This document shows positions 53,585 through 64,000 of a stretch of 64,000 bases of DNA, in pieces. The notes under the pieces are model-generated. The model saw nothing but the letters and a program-made list of their open reading frames with translations, made no database searches and was not told where the DNA came from. The stretch spans positions 24,572,312-24,636,311 of the forward strand of contig CM119266.1 of assembly GCA_051294375.1 (NCBI GenBank), given 5' to 3'. This DNA comes from Paraspadella gotoi. Its lineage: Eukaryota > Animalia > Chaetognatha. The position numbers were made by a program, and so were the translations under genes. Position 1 is the first letter of the stretch. Every line of letters begins with the position of its first letter.

Positions 53585-54413
53585 ATATAATTTGGAACAT
53601 TCACACATTATCTCGGTACCTTACCTTCGGCGGCGTCTCAAGCGGCTGCGTGATCCGGATCACTTCTTTCCTGAGTTCACGACAGGGAAGGTTCCTCACT
53701 CGCTTTTCATTCCTGCGTAACAAAAAATGCGATTCAAATAATTGCCGTGAATATAACTAAAAAAATTAACTCTTAATATGAAAATAAATGATTATTATAA
53801 CACTCGCCTGATAACCCAAGGGAATTTTGGGATCATCCCTAATCCTCGATGGACGAAGAAACAAGGTCGCCGAGTCGACGCGAGGTGGTCTGATGGGGCG
53901 GGTGAGGGGGGAGATTTCCCAGCGGCGTGGGTTCTAGGGTGGGTAAGCGAAAAAGGCGCCAACATGGGGATAAGTCAGCACCATTTTATTTCTATTAATA
54001 GTGCGAACCTTACCCGCGTCCAGTGTCGAACATTGAAGATCATGGAAGGCGGCAAAAAGTGAGGATCTTTGCCGTTATCTAATTCTATTTCCATTTTTAT
54101 CGTTTATAATATTATTAATTTTATAAAATGTATTTATATAATATTAATCTATTTGTAGTATAAAGAAAATTTAAACTTAAACAGAAAACTCTAAGTATTA
54201 AAAATGGGCTTTCGTTCTTTGACGAAGCTGGAAAAAAATGTATTGAATGAATGGATAAATTTTATCTTGGTTTACCATAAGATCAATCGTAAAGTTTTTC
54301 TATGAATGTAAGTTTTAAGTCATACCACCACGACATTTAGTTGATTAAATATAATTAAATATAATGCCACACTGGTTTCAAAACCCTCATCCCCACTCTC
54401 ATGTAGGTCTGGA

Positions 54414-54476
<63 letters not shown>

Positions 54477-54568
54477 TTTCTGTTGCTGCATCGTCTGGGT
54501 GGCCACCGACATCAAAACGTCAGGAGACGACCTCATTTTCGGCGGCTTTTTCCTCTCCAGAAAAAAAG

Positions 54569-54658
<90 letters not shown>

Positions 54659-55621
54659 GCCGGAAAGAGAGGTTTAAAAATTTTAGAAGAGGACGCTTAT
54701 ATCGAAGCAGGAAAGTGAGGAGTTTCGGAAATTTTTTCTCGACATTAGAGGTGGCGCTGTGGATTGGAGGGGGATGACTTGCGCGATGGGGTGGGAGGGG
54801 GTTAGGAACGTTAAATAGTTGGACGACATGAAAAATAAAACGTACTTTGGCTAAAGCACGATTTTTTTGTATATTTTGCCGAGATGTTCCAGAGCGAAGC
54901 GTATACTGTCGAAATTTAAATTTGAAGGTGGTATTCTGTATTGCGTGTAGACTGTAGAGTTTAAGAGTATTGACTACGACGGTATTAAGGATTACTACTA
55001 GAATAAATAGTTCTTTCATTTTTAACGAACAAAGAAGATATAATAAAATAAATTTATTTGAAAACAACCGCTGATAACGACGACGCAGATGATACTGAGA
55101 ACAACATCGCGAAATTTCAGAAATAAAAATGAGGTTCGAATCGAATGCACTTGCAGCTTATGATCGTTTACGAGAAAATACCAGTAATACTAGTTTTAAA
55201 ATACGAAGTCGTGGGGGGAGTGGAAAGGAAGAAATGCTGAAGAGATAAAAACGCGGGATGATAGAAAATCGTTAAAAAAAGCGTCAGTCAATGAACCTCG
55301 AACTCGGCGGAGGTTTAAACGCCCCCGAGGGAAAGACAACCACGCCCTCGCACCCCTTAAAGTCCGGCAACCCCCGTTCCGCCCTTCTAAAGATGAAAGG
55401 GCTGAATTTAAAGCAACCTAACGCTAATTCAGAATTCATTTAGTTCGTTTGATTCATTTAGTTTGATGCTCATCTTTTTTTTAAATCTAATTCTAGTTCT
55501 TAAGATTTTTTATTTTTAAATCCTCACTTCACTCTTTTTGCCTTCAATTCTCCGGCACTCCTGGCGGCTTCCACCGCGCGGTCAAAGCGCATTTTTTTGC
55601 TCGCTTTAACGTCCTCCACTC

Positions 55622-55697
<76 letters not shown>

Positions 55698-56385
55698 AAT
55701 GAAGAAATTTTTGAAATTTTTAAATCCTCTTTTTATCCAATTCAAAAATACCTTTCAAAACAGTTCAATACTTAAAACAGAAAGATGAAGCTTTTGAAAT
55801 CAACGCCAAAAACTTACAATCTTCAACTATAACAATTTTACTATGGCATTTATAAAAGATGCCCTAAAACGCAGTTTCAACGGTTAGGCGCATATTTTTA
55901 GGGGGCCATCCACTCTCTCTCTCTCTCTTCTCTTTCTTCTGTCTTTTTCTTTCTCTCTCTCTCTCATCTCTCTCTCAAAGTGATATTCATATATTCACGT
56001 CCCTATCCTGCCAACTCTCTCCCTCTACTTTCTTTTTTTCACCTGGGCTCCCCTTCCCCTAACCTCACTTTCACATCCCATTCGGTTTATTATCTTTAAA
56101 CCCGAACGATTAAACTTTATGACGTCTGGCCAGAGGAGAAAAAGCAGCTGATGCCGGCCGCCAAAGACGGAGAGAAGAAAGACTTCACAAAAATTGAGAG
56201 AGATGATTTTTTTTTTCAGAACAAGTCCGTCGGTTTTTTTTTTTTAAACCTTTAAACTGACTAATATTCGCCCCTATGCAGTTTTAAGTGTAGGTTTGAA
56301 ATTGAAACGTCCATTTTGTTTAATTGGCAGACTTTTAAATTTAAGACATCCGAAATAGATACGAAACATAGAATTTTCGCACCAG
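47418..56385. repeat. Tandem duplication unit, copy 2 (about 9 kb, indel-rich, with an extra ~725 bp at 48161-48885)
   Basis: Near-identical to 39270-47383. Differences are mainly single-base indels, and the copy starts right after a 25-N gap. Confidence 0.92.
51491..54043 (-). pseudogene. Frameshifted second copy of the SAMD15-like gene (probably error-rich duplicate sequence rather than a true pseudogene)
   Basis: Same exons as 42532-45050 with many 1-2 bp indels. Confidence 0.6.
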
Positions 56386-56388
56386 GAA

Positions 56389-56456
<68 letters not shown>

Positions 56457-58318
56457 TCTCTCTCCCTTCCTTGTATCGCTCTCTCTCAGTAAGTTTTTCC
56501 GCTCCTCCAAAAATGGAACAAGAATCCGTTGTTGCCGTGGATTTTTTACGAGGGACTCCAAAACGCAAAAAGCGAAAAAGGGGACGTGAACTTTTTTTGA
56601 ACTGATAAAACCGAGAGAGGGAAAGCAGAGAGATAGAGAGGGAGATAGGGTGAAGGGCGAGAGGGAGAGGGAGCGGAAAAAGCCAAAAATGACGGTTGAA
56701 TCGGGAAATCCGAAGATTTCTTCATATTCTAGAACTTTTGGCAGAGTTAAGAAAACAGAAAAATAGAAAGCTCAGAGAGAGAGAGAGCGAGATAGAGAGA
56801 GAGAGACGAGAGAGGAGAAGAGAGAGAGAGAGAGACGAGAGAGAGAGAGAGAGAGAAGAGAGTTTATCTTAAAATACTTAATTCAGATTCAAAATTTACC
56901 CCAAACAGCTTTTACGCATAAACAATATTTTAGGGTCTGAGAATAAATTAAGAAAAGATAGGTGGGGCTCTCCGAAAAGTAAGAACTGAAAAAAGATAAT
57001 GGGAAGGGCAGGGAAGGGAAGGGAGAGATGTTGTTTTGGGTTTCATGCGGCGACCTCGTTCCCCCTCCTCCTCTGCCTTTAGCTTTTTGACAATCTGACA
57101 GTTTCATGTCCACTTGCTTTTCCAATTTTCATCCCTTCCCCCCCTTCCCCTCTTTTTCCTCGTCTCTACCCCACCATCCCTCATTTTCTTCCCGACCCCC
57201 GCGATCCTTCGGGGCCAGCGACCCTCCGCGGCTCCCTCTTCGACCCGAAGCAGCGCCGGCCGACCGGGCTGGCATTTTTGCGAGAAAAGGGGGAAGTAGT
57301 AAGTACTGAGGGAGGAGGGAGAAAGAAAGAAATAAAAATCAGAAGAAAAAAAAAAGGAGATATAGCAAAGCAGACAGAGAGATAGACTGACAAACGGATA
57401 GACAATTTTAGACATACAAGTAACATGTTCCTCTTTTTTTTTGTTAGTTTGTTTCCCCCTCGCTCTTCCCCGCTCTCTCTTCTCCTCCCTACTGGAGCCG
57501 ATTGAACTTTTCCTCCTCTTCCTCCTACGGTTCATCTTCTCTTCCTCCTTACTCTTCCTCCTCTTTGTCGCAATTTAATCTATATCTTTTCCTCTTTCTG
57601 CATTTATGAAAAACGAGGCTCGTTAATCCAGGGAGCAGGGGGGGGGGAGGGTCGGCCGTCGAATCTCCGCTTTTTCGTTTCTCCCGCGCGGGTTGTACGC
57701 ACGGCACCGTCTCCTATTGCGCCCAGTTTTGTTTAACTGCGCGCGCAGCTCTTGTCTTTTTGTGCGGGCAATTGTGTTTCCCCGTGCGCGCACTTTTCAC
57801 TCCTCGTGCACGAAGGACTGCGTTCCCTGTTTCTGTTTGCGTGTCTTCATATGCGAGCAGATTTGTTTACTCGTGAGCTCATATTTTGTCTCACGCACAT
57901 TTCTTTCTTTCTGATCGCAAGTCTATGATCACATCCGTTCGACTAAAGCCCTAGGTAATTTCCTCCTCGTCAACAACAAATAGCATTTACTAGATTAAAG
58001 ATAGATATGAATCAGACAGAAAATTATTTATGGTCTAATAGTAATTGCGTGACCTAATTGGTTGAACTTGCTTCAACCGCCAAAAATGATTGTTTTGTTT
58101 ATTTAATTTGACCTCTTTTTTATATTTATATTTATTCATTATGTGTATTGCGGAAGTTCGCTAATGCGGAGTACACTATAGTATTCCCCGATCTAATACG
58201 TTAGGGAGTGATCTTTTAATACGTACAATTGAAACATTCTTTGAATGCCACTTCATTGATAGGGTTGCCAGTTACTCTGAGAGTGAATAAACGAGACTGT
58301 GAGAGAGTCTTGATTGAT

Positions 58319-58403
58319 AGCCTGAGCAAAGTCAGGGGCAAGATAGCATATTTATTGAATTAATGGATAATTTTATATTGGTTGTACAAAACTACCAATT
58401 TCA
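58319..58403 (+). mobile_element. Dispersed repeat R1, copy 4 (5'-truncated)
   Basis: agcctgagcaaagtcaggggcaagatagc...atggataattttatattggttgtac. Confidence 0.75.
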
Positions 58404-59271
58404 CTTTTAAACAGCGTCCCTTTTCCAGATTATCCTACTTGTCTTTGTCGAATTATTCACAAGTTTGTAACGACATTCTCCTTGCTGTCGTTGAAAACTG
58501 TGTGGCGTGGCTGCTCACCAATCACATCTTTGAAAGCAGCCCTTTGTTCGTTGAAGGGCAACAACAACAACGACCGAAACAAAAGCAGCCCTCCCCCCCC
58601 TGAAAATCTCCTTCTTCCTTTCCGAAGAGGATTTTCGATGGATCTTCCTCTTACTTCTTATCTCGATTCCAGATTTTATGCCTTCTTTCCACTCGAGCCA
58701 ACATCCGGGTTCTGCATCCGGAGGCGGAGGCTTGCTTTTCTTTTCTCTTCCCTTTTTTATCTTTCTTTCTTCCCTTCTTTTCTTTTTTTTTTCTTTCCTT
58801 CTTTTCTTTTTTCTTTCTTTCTTTTTCTTTTTTTTCTTCAATCAATATTCTTTTATTTCTATTTTTTTAGTTTTTTTTTTCTTTGGAGATTTATTCGACC
58901 TAATATTATTATCATCTAAGTTATCATCTAAGTTTAATAAACATCGTATTTATAAATATAAAAATCACATTTAATATATTGTCTATGTTCCTTTGTTCAT
59001 TTTTAGTTTTTTCCATGACGTCAGTGCCACCCCTACCGTAAATCACGATATTCATTCACTAAATCTTTACTCGATGCTCATTTATCTACTGTGGATCGAA
59101 AATTAAAACACTCCGGAAAAAAAAATGCTAACATTAACTGAAAACGAAAAAGCATTTAAAATATATTTATTATCGAAAGGCACAAAAGAATTAATTGAGT
59201 ATATTGTAGTATATCCTATTCCCTTTTTTTTTCTCCCGCTTCGAATCGGACAGGAAAGGTCAACTTGTATA

Positions 59272-59759
59272 TCACAGAATCATTTGGCGAAATCGCGCGC
59301 GGTGAAGTAAACGCTTTCTCTTCATTCGACGATTTTGAAACCAGATTTTCACCTGTGAACGCAGGATACGAAAATAATTATAAATATAGTATATAGTGAC
59401 TTAAATACCGACTCTAGGGGGCCTCAAAAGATTAAATGTACTAAAAATACCAAATCTCATTTTGATTTTCTTAGTTATCTTTCTCCTGTTTCTTATTTCA
59501 TTCAATTATTTCTTTCATATTCTCATTCCCAGTCTTCCTTTCCTCACCTGTCTCTCTGTAAGACTGAGATAATAGGCCAACTCCCATCTTCTTTTCCTCG
59601 AGACATAAGAATTAATAAAAAACTCTTTCTCCAATTCGGCGATTTGATATTTCGAGTAAGGGACTCGTTTCTTCCGATTTTGACGCGAGGCGGCGGCGGT
59701 GGCAACGGCTGCTGCGGTGGCGGTGCGCGGGGCGGCGGACTCCTCGGGCTGGTCTGTTA
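59272..59759 (-). CDS. Posterior Hox (Abd-B/Hox9-13 class) gene 2, partial; exons complement(59548-59759, 59272-59352); upstream exon(s) not identified
   Basis: ...[57 protein letters not shown]|gtgagg...cag|[26 protein letters not shown]. The 5' acceptor at 59759 is inferred (phase 1, as in gene 1). Confidence 0.92.
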
Positions 59760-60133
59760 CTGGATCGGGCGGATGGCGAATCGGGCTTCGAGTTACATGC
59801 ATATTATTTACTGTATGTGCAAATAACATCACGATCAGAAAGAAACATCACCGTGGTTTTAGCGGAATCACATTATTTTCGTTGTCAGTTTTTGTCGGGC
59901 ACTGTTGTATATATTAAACGCGCTCTTTCATCATTCATTTCTCTTAATTTTATTGTATTTCACAGTCTCAAAAGCGATTCACTCTTTCTAGTTTCTTGCA
60001 GCATCAGCACTTTTCGTTTTCACTCTACCGGTGGTGGTGATTGTTTTGTTTTGATCTTCGAAGTTCTTGGTCGAAGTCGAAGAAAAGTCGGACAAAGTCG
60101 TGGGGCCGTTTTCGTCTGGAATCAATAGCATGA

Positions 60134-60206
60134 GCCCGGTTAGCTCAGTCGGTAGAGCATCAGACTTTTAATCTGAGGGTCAAGGGTTCAAGTCCCTTAT
60201 TGGGCG
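60134..60206 (+). tRNA. tRNA-Lys, anticodon UUU
   Basis: gcccggttagctcagtcggtagagcatcagacTTTtaatctgagggtcaagggttcaagtcccttattgggcg: 73 nt, full cloverleaf with A and B boxes, matching the eukaryotic tRNA-Lys(UUU) consensus. Confidence 0.96.
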
Positions 60207-60210
60207 AATC

Positions 60211-60216
60211 TTTTTT
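60211..60216 (+). terminator. RNA polymerase III terminator (T6)
   Basis: T run 4 nt after the tRNA 3' end. Confidence 0.8.
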
Positions 60217-61403
60217 GAATAAGAACGATTCTGGTTATTCACTTATACACTTATTCTCAATAACTAAAAGAAATAAAATTTCGATTCCATTTAATCTTTA
60301 CTGCGGAAAATTAATAGGCAAAGAATCGAAAAAATAATATCAGCACAGGGCGAAAATTAATTCATGAATACTGAAAATTAGTATTATAGTAAGAGCTTTT
60401 TTTTAAATAAGAAGTTGGGCCGCAGACTCAGCTTCGTCGATGTCAGTTCTAACAAAAGTTACGACGTCGCTCGTTCTGAATTTCAATGGCGGACAACTTT
60501 TTTTTCAAAAGGCTCTGTAGGTTGAGGGGGCGCTTGGGGGGGAGGCGAAAGGGGGCCGCCCGGCAAATTAATTCCTTTTTTATCCTCGTCAAAAAGTGAC
60601 ATCTGAGGGGTCCCCCTTCTTTTCTATGGACTCGCGGCCCGAAACCGCGGCTTTTGTGTCGCCGGCGCGTCGGCAGCAGCGAAGCAGCGTCGGGAGCGGA
60701 GAGAGAAGCGTCGGCAGCCGCCCCCTTGTTTCGCTCCACCGCGCGACATTCAAAACCAGCGCCATCTCTCGTCGTCGCCGTGGGAGTTTTCGCCTAAAGG
60801 CCAAAAGTGGCGGGNNNNNNNNNNNNNNNNNNNNNNNNNAGTGAGACAACACACCGGCAAAGCCTCGAATAATGTACGCCGAGGCGTCGCAATGCGTCGG
60901 CAGCGTCGACGCCCCTTTTTCTCTAAACGCCAACGCGTATATATTTGTTTTTACGTCCGCCGCTACGTTTGTTTACGACGACGCTGTGGCGAGGGAGCGT
61001 GATTTGTAATTTCCGGCACGTACAAACTCTCCCGCTCAACCGTAACCGTTCTCTGGCGAAAACATTCGGATTGAGAGTGTAAATACTGTACGTGCGTCCG
61101 TGCAATCTCATGTTTTCGTGGAAAATACCCTAACTATAATTAGTATAACTAGTAGTTTCCTTTTTGATTTTTCAGCTTATTTTAATTCTTATTATTATAG
61201 ATCGGCTGACATCTCAATTCCTGTATTCATTCTTTATATATACCTTTATAATTTTATTTTTTTTTTCATTTTTCCTTTTCCCTGTCACAACTTCGCGTTA
61301 ACCTCCCTCTCTTTTTCCTCCCCTCCACATCACAATTTCCATCATCGCTCTAAACCCGACCCTCTTTCCTTCTCCGATGCGTCATTCCATCTCTCTTCTC
61401 TCT

Positions 61404-61471
<68 letters not shown>

Positions 61472-61686
61472 CCGCTCCCCGGGGAGATTATGTCACGGGA
61501 GCTTTGTTCGCGTTGCCTCGTCGTCGTTCTCGTTGTTGTTTTTGTTGTCCTCCTCGTCGTCCTCGTCATTCACGGGGGTTTGCGCGCCCTCTCGTCAATT
61601 TTGACGACCGTCGCTCGATTTCTTTTTCCCTTCAGATGCGAAAAACGGGAGATTAAATTTCTCTCTCCCTCTCTCTTCTCTCTTCT

Positions 61687-61748
<62 letters not shown>

Positions 61749-62777
61749 TCCTCTCTCTCCTCTCTCTCTCTTTCTCTCTCTCTCTTCTCTCTTCCTCTCT
61801 CTCTCTCTCTTTTTTCCCCTTTTTTCCTTCTCCGCTTTTCAAACTCAGCATCCCATTTCGTCCCGTGCAGAACGATGGCGGCGGGAGGTGGGGTCGGGGA
61901 GAAGGGCGTTCGGGAAGCAGGGTGGGGAGCAGGGAAAGGGTTGAGAAATGGGCGGGATAAAAGGGTGAAAAGGGCGGGGCGAATGGGGTGGCATCGGTGG
62001 GCGTGGTTCTAAGCGTCGATCGTCGAAGAAACGATGATGAAGTCGAAGGAGCGACTTTTAAATTCGAATCCGAAAGCAGAAATTAATGACGAAGAAATGG
62101 GAATGACTGATTGATGCGAAAAGAGACATTGATTGTTTGATTGTTTTCTGTTTTTGATGGTTAATGTGTTATCTACTTGCTGAAGGTTTGTCAATTTTGG
62201 TTGATAAAATAGTTATTTCATTGGAAAGGTGTTAGTTAATTGTGAGGCGACTTACCACCGGTCCTTTATTTTCTCATATTTTCGTCTTATACAATTGGCT
62301 ATTTTCTTTTGTTAACAGATTGAAAGTATATATAACTGAGTTGCAAGGTAATGTAGTGTCGAGTACGTGGTTGTGACATGCGCTGACGCTGGTCAATGCA
62401 GCGTTGTGAGGGAATGAAAGAGAAACATCATGGCGGAAACTAATGGCAACTCGCTATCAGATCCGAGGCGGGGCGCGCGATTTAATCGCGAAGAAATAAA
62501 CGCGAAAACCATGGGAACGAATTCGAAGCAGACGAATTGGTGGAAAGGCGGGGGGCGAGGGAGGGGTAGTAGTGAGGGAGAGGAGAGGAGGGTGGGAAAT
62601 GGGAAGGAGATCGGCGGTGCAAGTAGCTCGTGGTCCTGGCGGTGAGCTAATGCTTAAGAGCATTGGAAACCGGCAATATCTCTACCAACAGTGGAGAGTG
62701 GAGAAGTGGATCCAACGCATTGCATCCATGGTTGAGACGTTGGCCTTTCGTGATATTTGAAGCTTGCTTGTTCACCC

Positions 62778-62820
<43 letters not shown>

Positions 62821-62860
62821 CTCCTCTCTCTCTCTCTCTCTCTCTCGTCTTCTCTCTCTC

Positions 62861-63958
62861 TTCGTCATCCACGGGTGAGCGGCATCGTTTTTCGCTTTTC
62901 CGTCCGACGATCAAGGCGGAACGGAGGACGACGCGGTTGACGCGCTTTTGATGAGTGGCGCCTCGTGACGCAACGCCATGGATCGTGGCGATTGTTGGCG
63001 CTTTTTTCTTAAAAAAACTGCTATCGAAAAGATCCCATTAGTGACTTGTATTTCTCAGAGGCAGTGAATTAAATTTAGAAGCATGAAACGTTTGATAATG
63101 TCCATTACAGTATATGGAATCTTGGAACAGCCAATATTTGATACATTTAAAAGAAATTGACACAAAAATTTCAATACATTCCCTATTTTTTTCTTTTATA
63201 GCGTACACTGTACATACAAATTTTTCTTTTTATCTTTCCTTCCTTTTCCCTTTCCTCGATCTGCTCTTTCTTTCTCCCTCGCATTTCCTTCCTCCCTCCT
63301 TCGTCTTTTTGGGCGTCGCTTTCACAAACGCTGCGACGAGGTACCGCTGCTTCCAACGCAGCAGCCCCTGCGCGGTCGGATCCGCCGCCGTACAGCGTCC
63401 GCCGCAGTCGCTGCTGCGTTGGAAGCAGCGGGTACCTCGTCGCAGCGTTTGTGAAAGGCCGACGCCCAAAAAGACGAAGGAGGGAGGAAGGAAATGCGAG
63501 GGAGAAAGAAAGAGCAGATCGAGGAAAGGGGAAAAGGAAAGGAAAGATAAAAAGAAAAATTTGTATGTACAGTGTACGCTATAAAAGAAAAAAATAGGGA
63601 AATGTATTGAAATTTTTGTGTCAATTTCTTTTAAATGTATCAAATATTGGCTGTTCCAAGATTCCATATACTGTAATGGACATTATCAAACGTTCATGCT
63701 TCTAAATTTAATTCACTGCCTCTGAGAAATACAAGTCACTAATGGGATCTTTTCGATAGCAGTTTTTTAAGAAAAAAGCGCCAACAATCGCCACGATCCA
63801 TGGCGTTGCGTCACGAGGCGCCACTCATCAAAAGCGCGTCAACAGCNNNNNNNNNNNNNNNNNNNNNNNNNACCGCGTCGTCCTCCGGTTCCGCCTTGAT
63901 CGTCGGACGGAAAAGCGAAAAACGATGCCGCTCACCCGTGGATGACGAGAGGAGAGAG

Positions 63959-63996
<38 letters not shown>

Positions 63997-64000
63997 AGAA
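62861..64000. repeat. Inverted duplication centred near 63388 (arms about 62861-63365 and 63411-63948, extending into GA tracts); probable foldback artefact
   Basis: Arms are reverse complements with indel differences, and the right arm contains a 25-N gap. Confidence 0.88.

Noticed and set aside
62250-62750. Possible first exon of Hox gene 2 (Pro/Ser-rich minus frames and a gtaagt donor near 62250-62255)
   Set aside because: No continuous frame reaches the donor, so it cannot be supported without cDNA.
63114-63667. Mirror-image 156-aa and 145-aa ORFs with the same N-terminus
   Set aside because: A consequence of the inverted duplication; low-complexity and probably artefactual.

Overview
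Animal (metazoan) genomic DNA from a draft assembly. It has short spliceosomal introns, very abundant (GA)n/(CT)n and (GAC)n microsatellites, and nine N-gaps. The main content is two same-strand posterior-class (Abd-B/Hox9-13-like) Hox genes. The first is complete, with four exons at complement 16813-26099. The second is partial, with homeobox exons at complement 59272-59759. Non-Hox genes lie between them: an 11-exon SAMD15-like SAM-domain gene and an uncharacterised coiled-coil/acidic gene. A tRNA-Lys(UUU) lies just upstream of the second homeobox exon. The left end holds the 3' exons of a protein disulfide isomerase (WCGHC thioredoxin domain) and a Sen1/senataxin-type SF1 helicase ORF with degenerate catalytic motifs and a 15-bp-repeat acidic insertion, flanked by mutually similar unknown coding fragments. 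Also present are a ~100-bp dispersed repeat (4 copies) and small inverted-repeat elements with telomere-like interiors. Three large duplications (inverted 34612-39084, tandem 39270-56390, inverted ~62860-64000) abut 25-N gaps and carry indel noise, so they are most likely long-read gap-filling or foldback artefacts. All gene models were built by eye from splice-phase continuity; no database searches were run.
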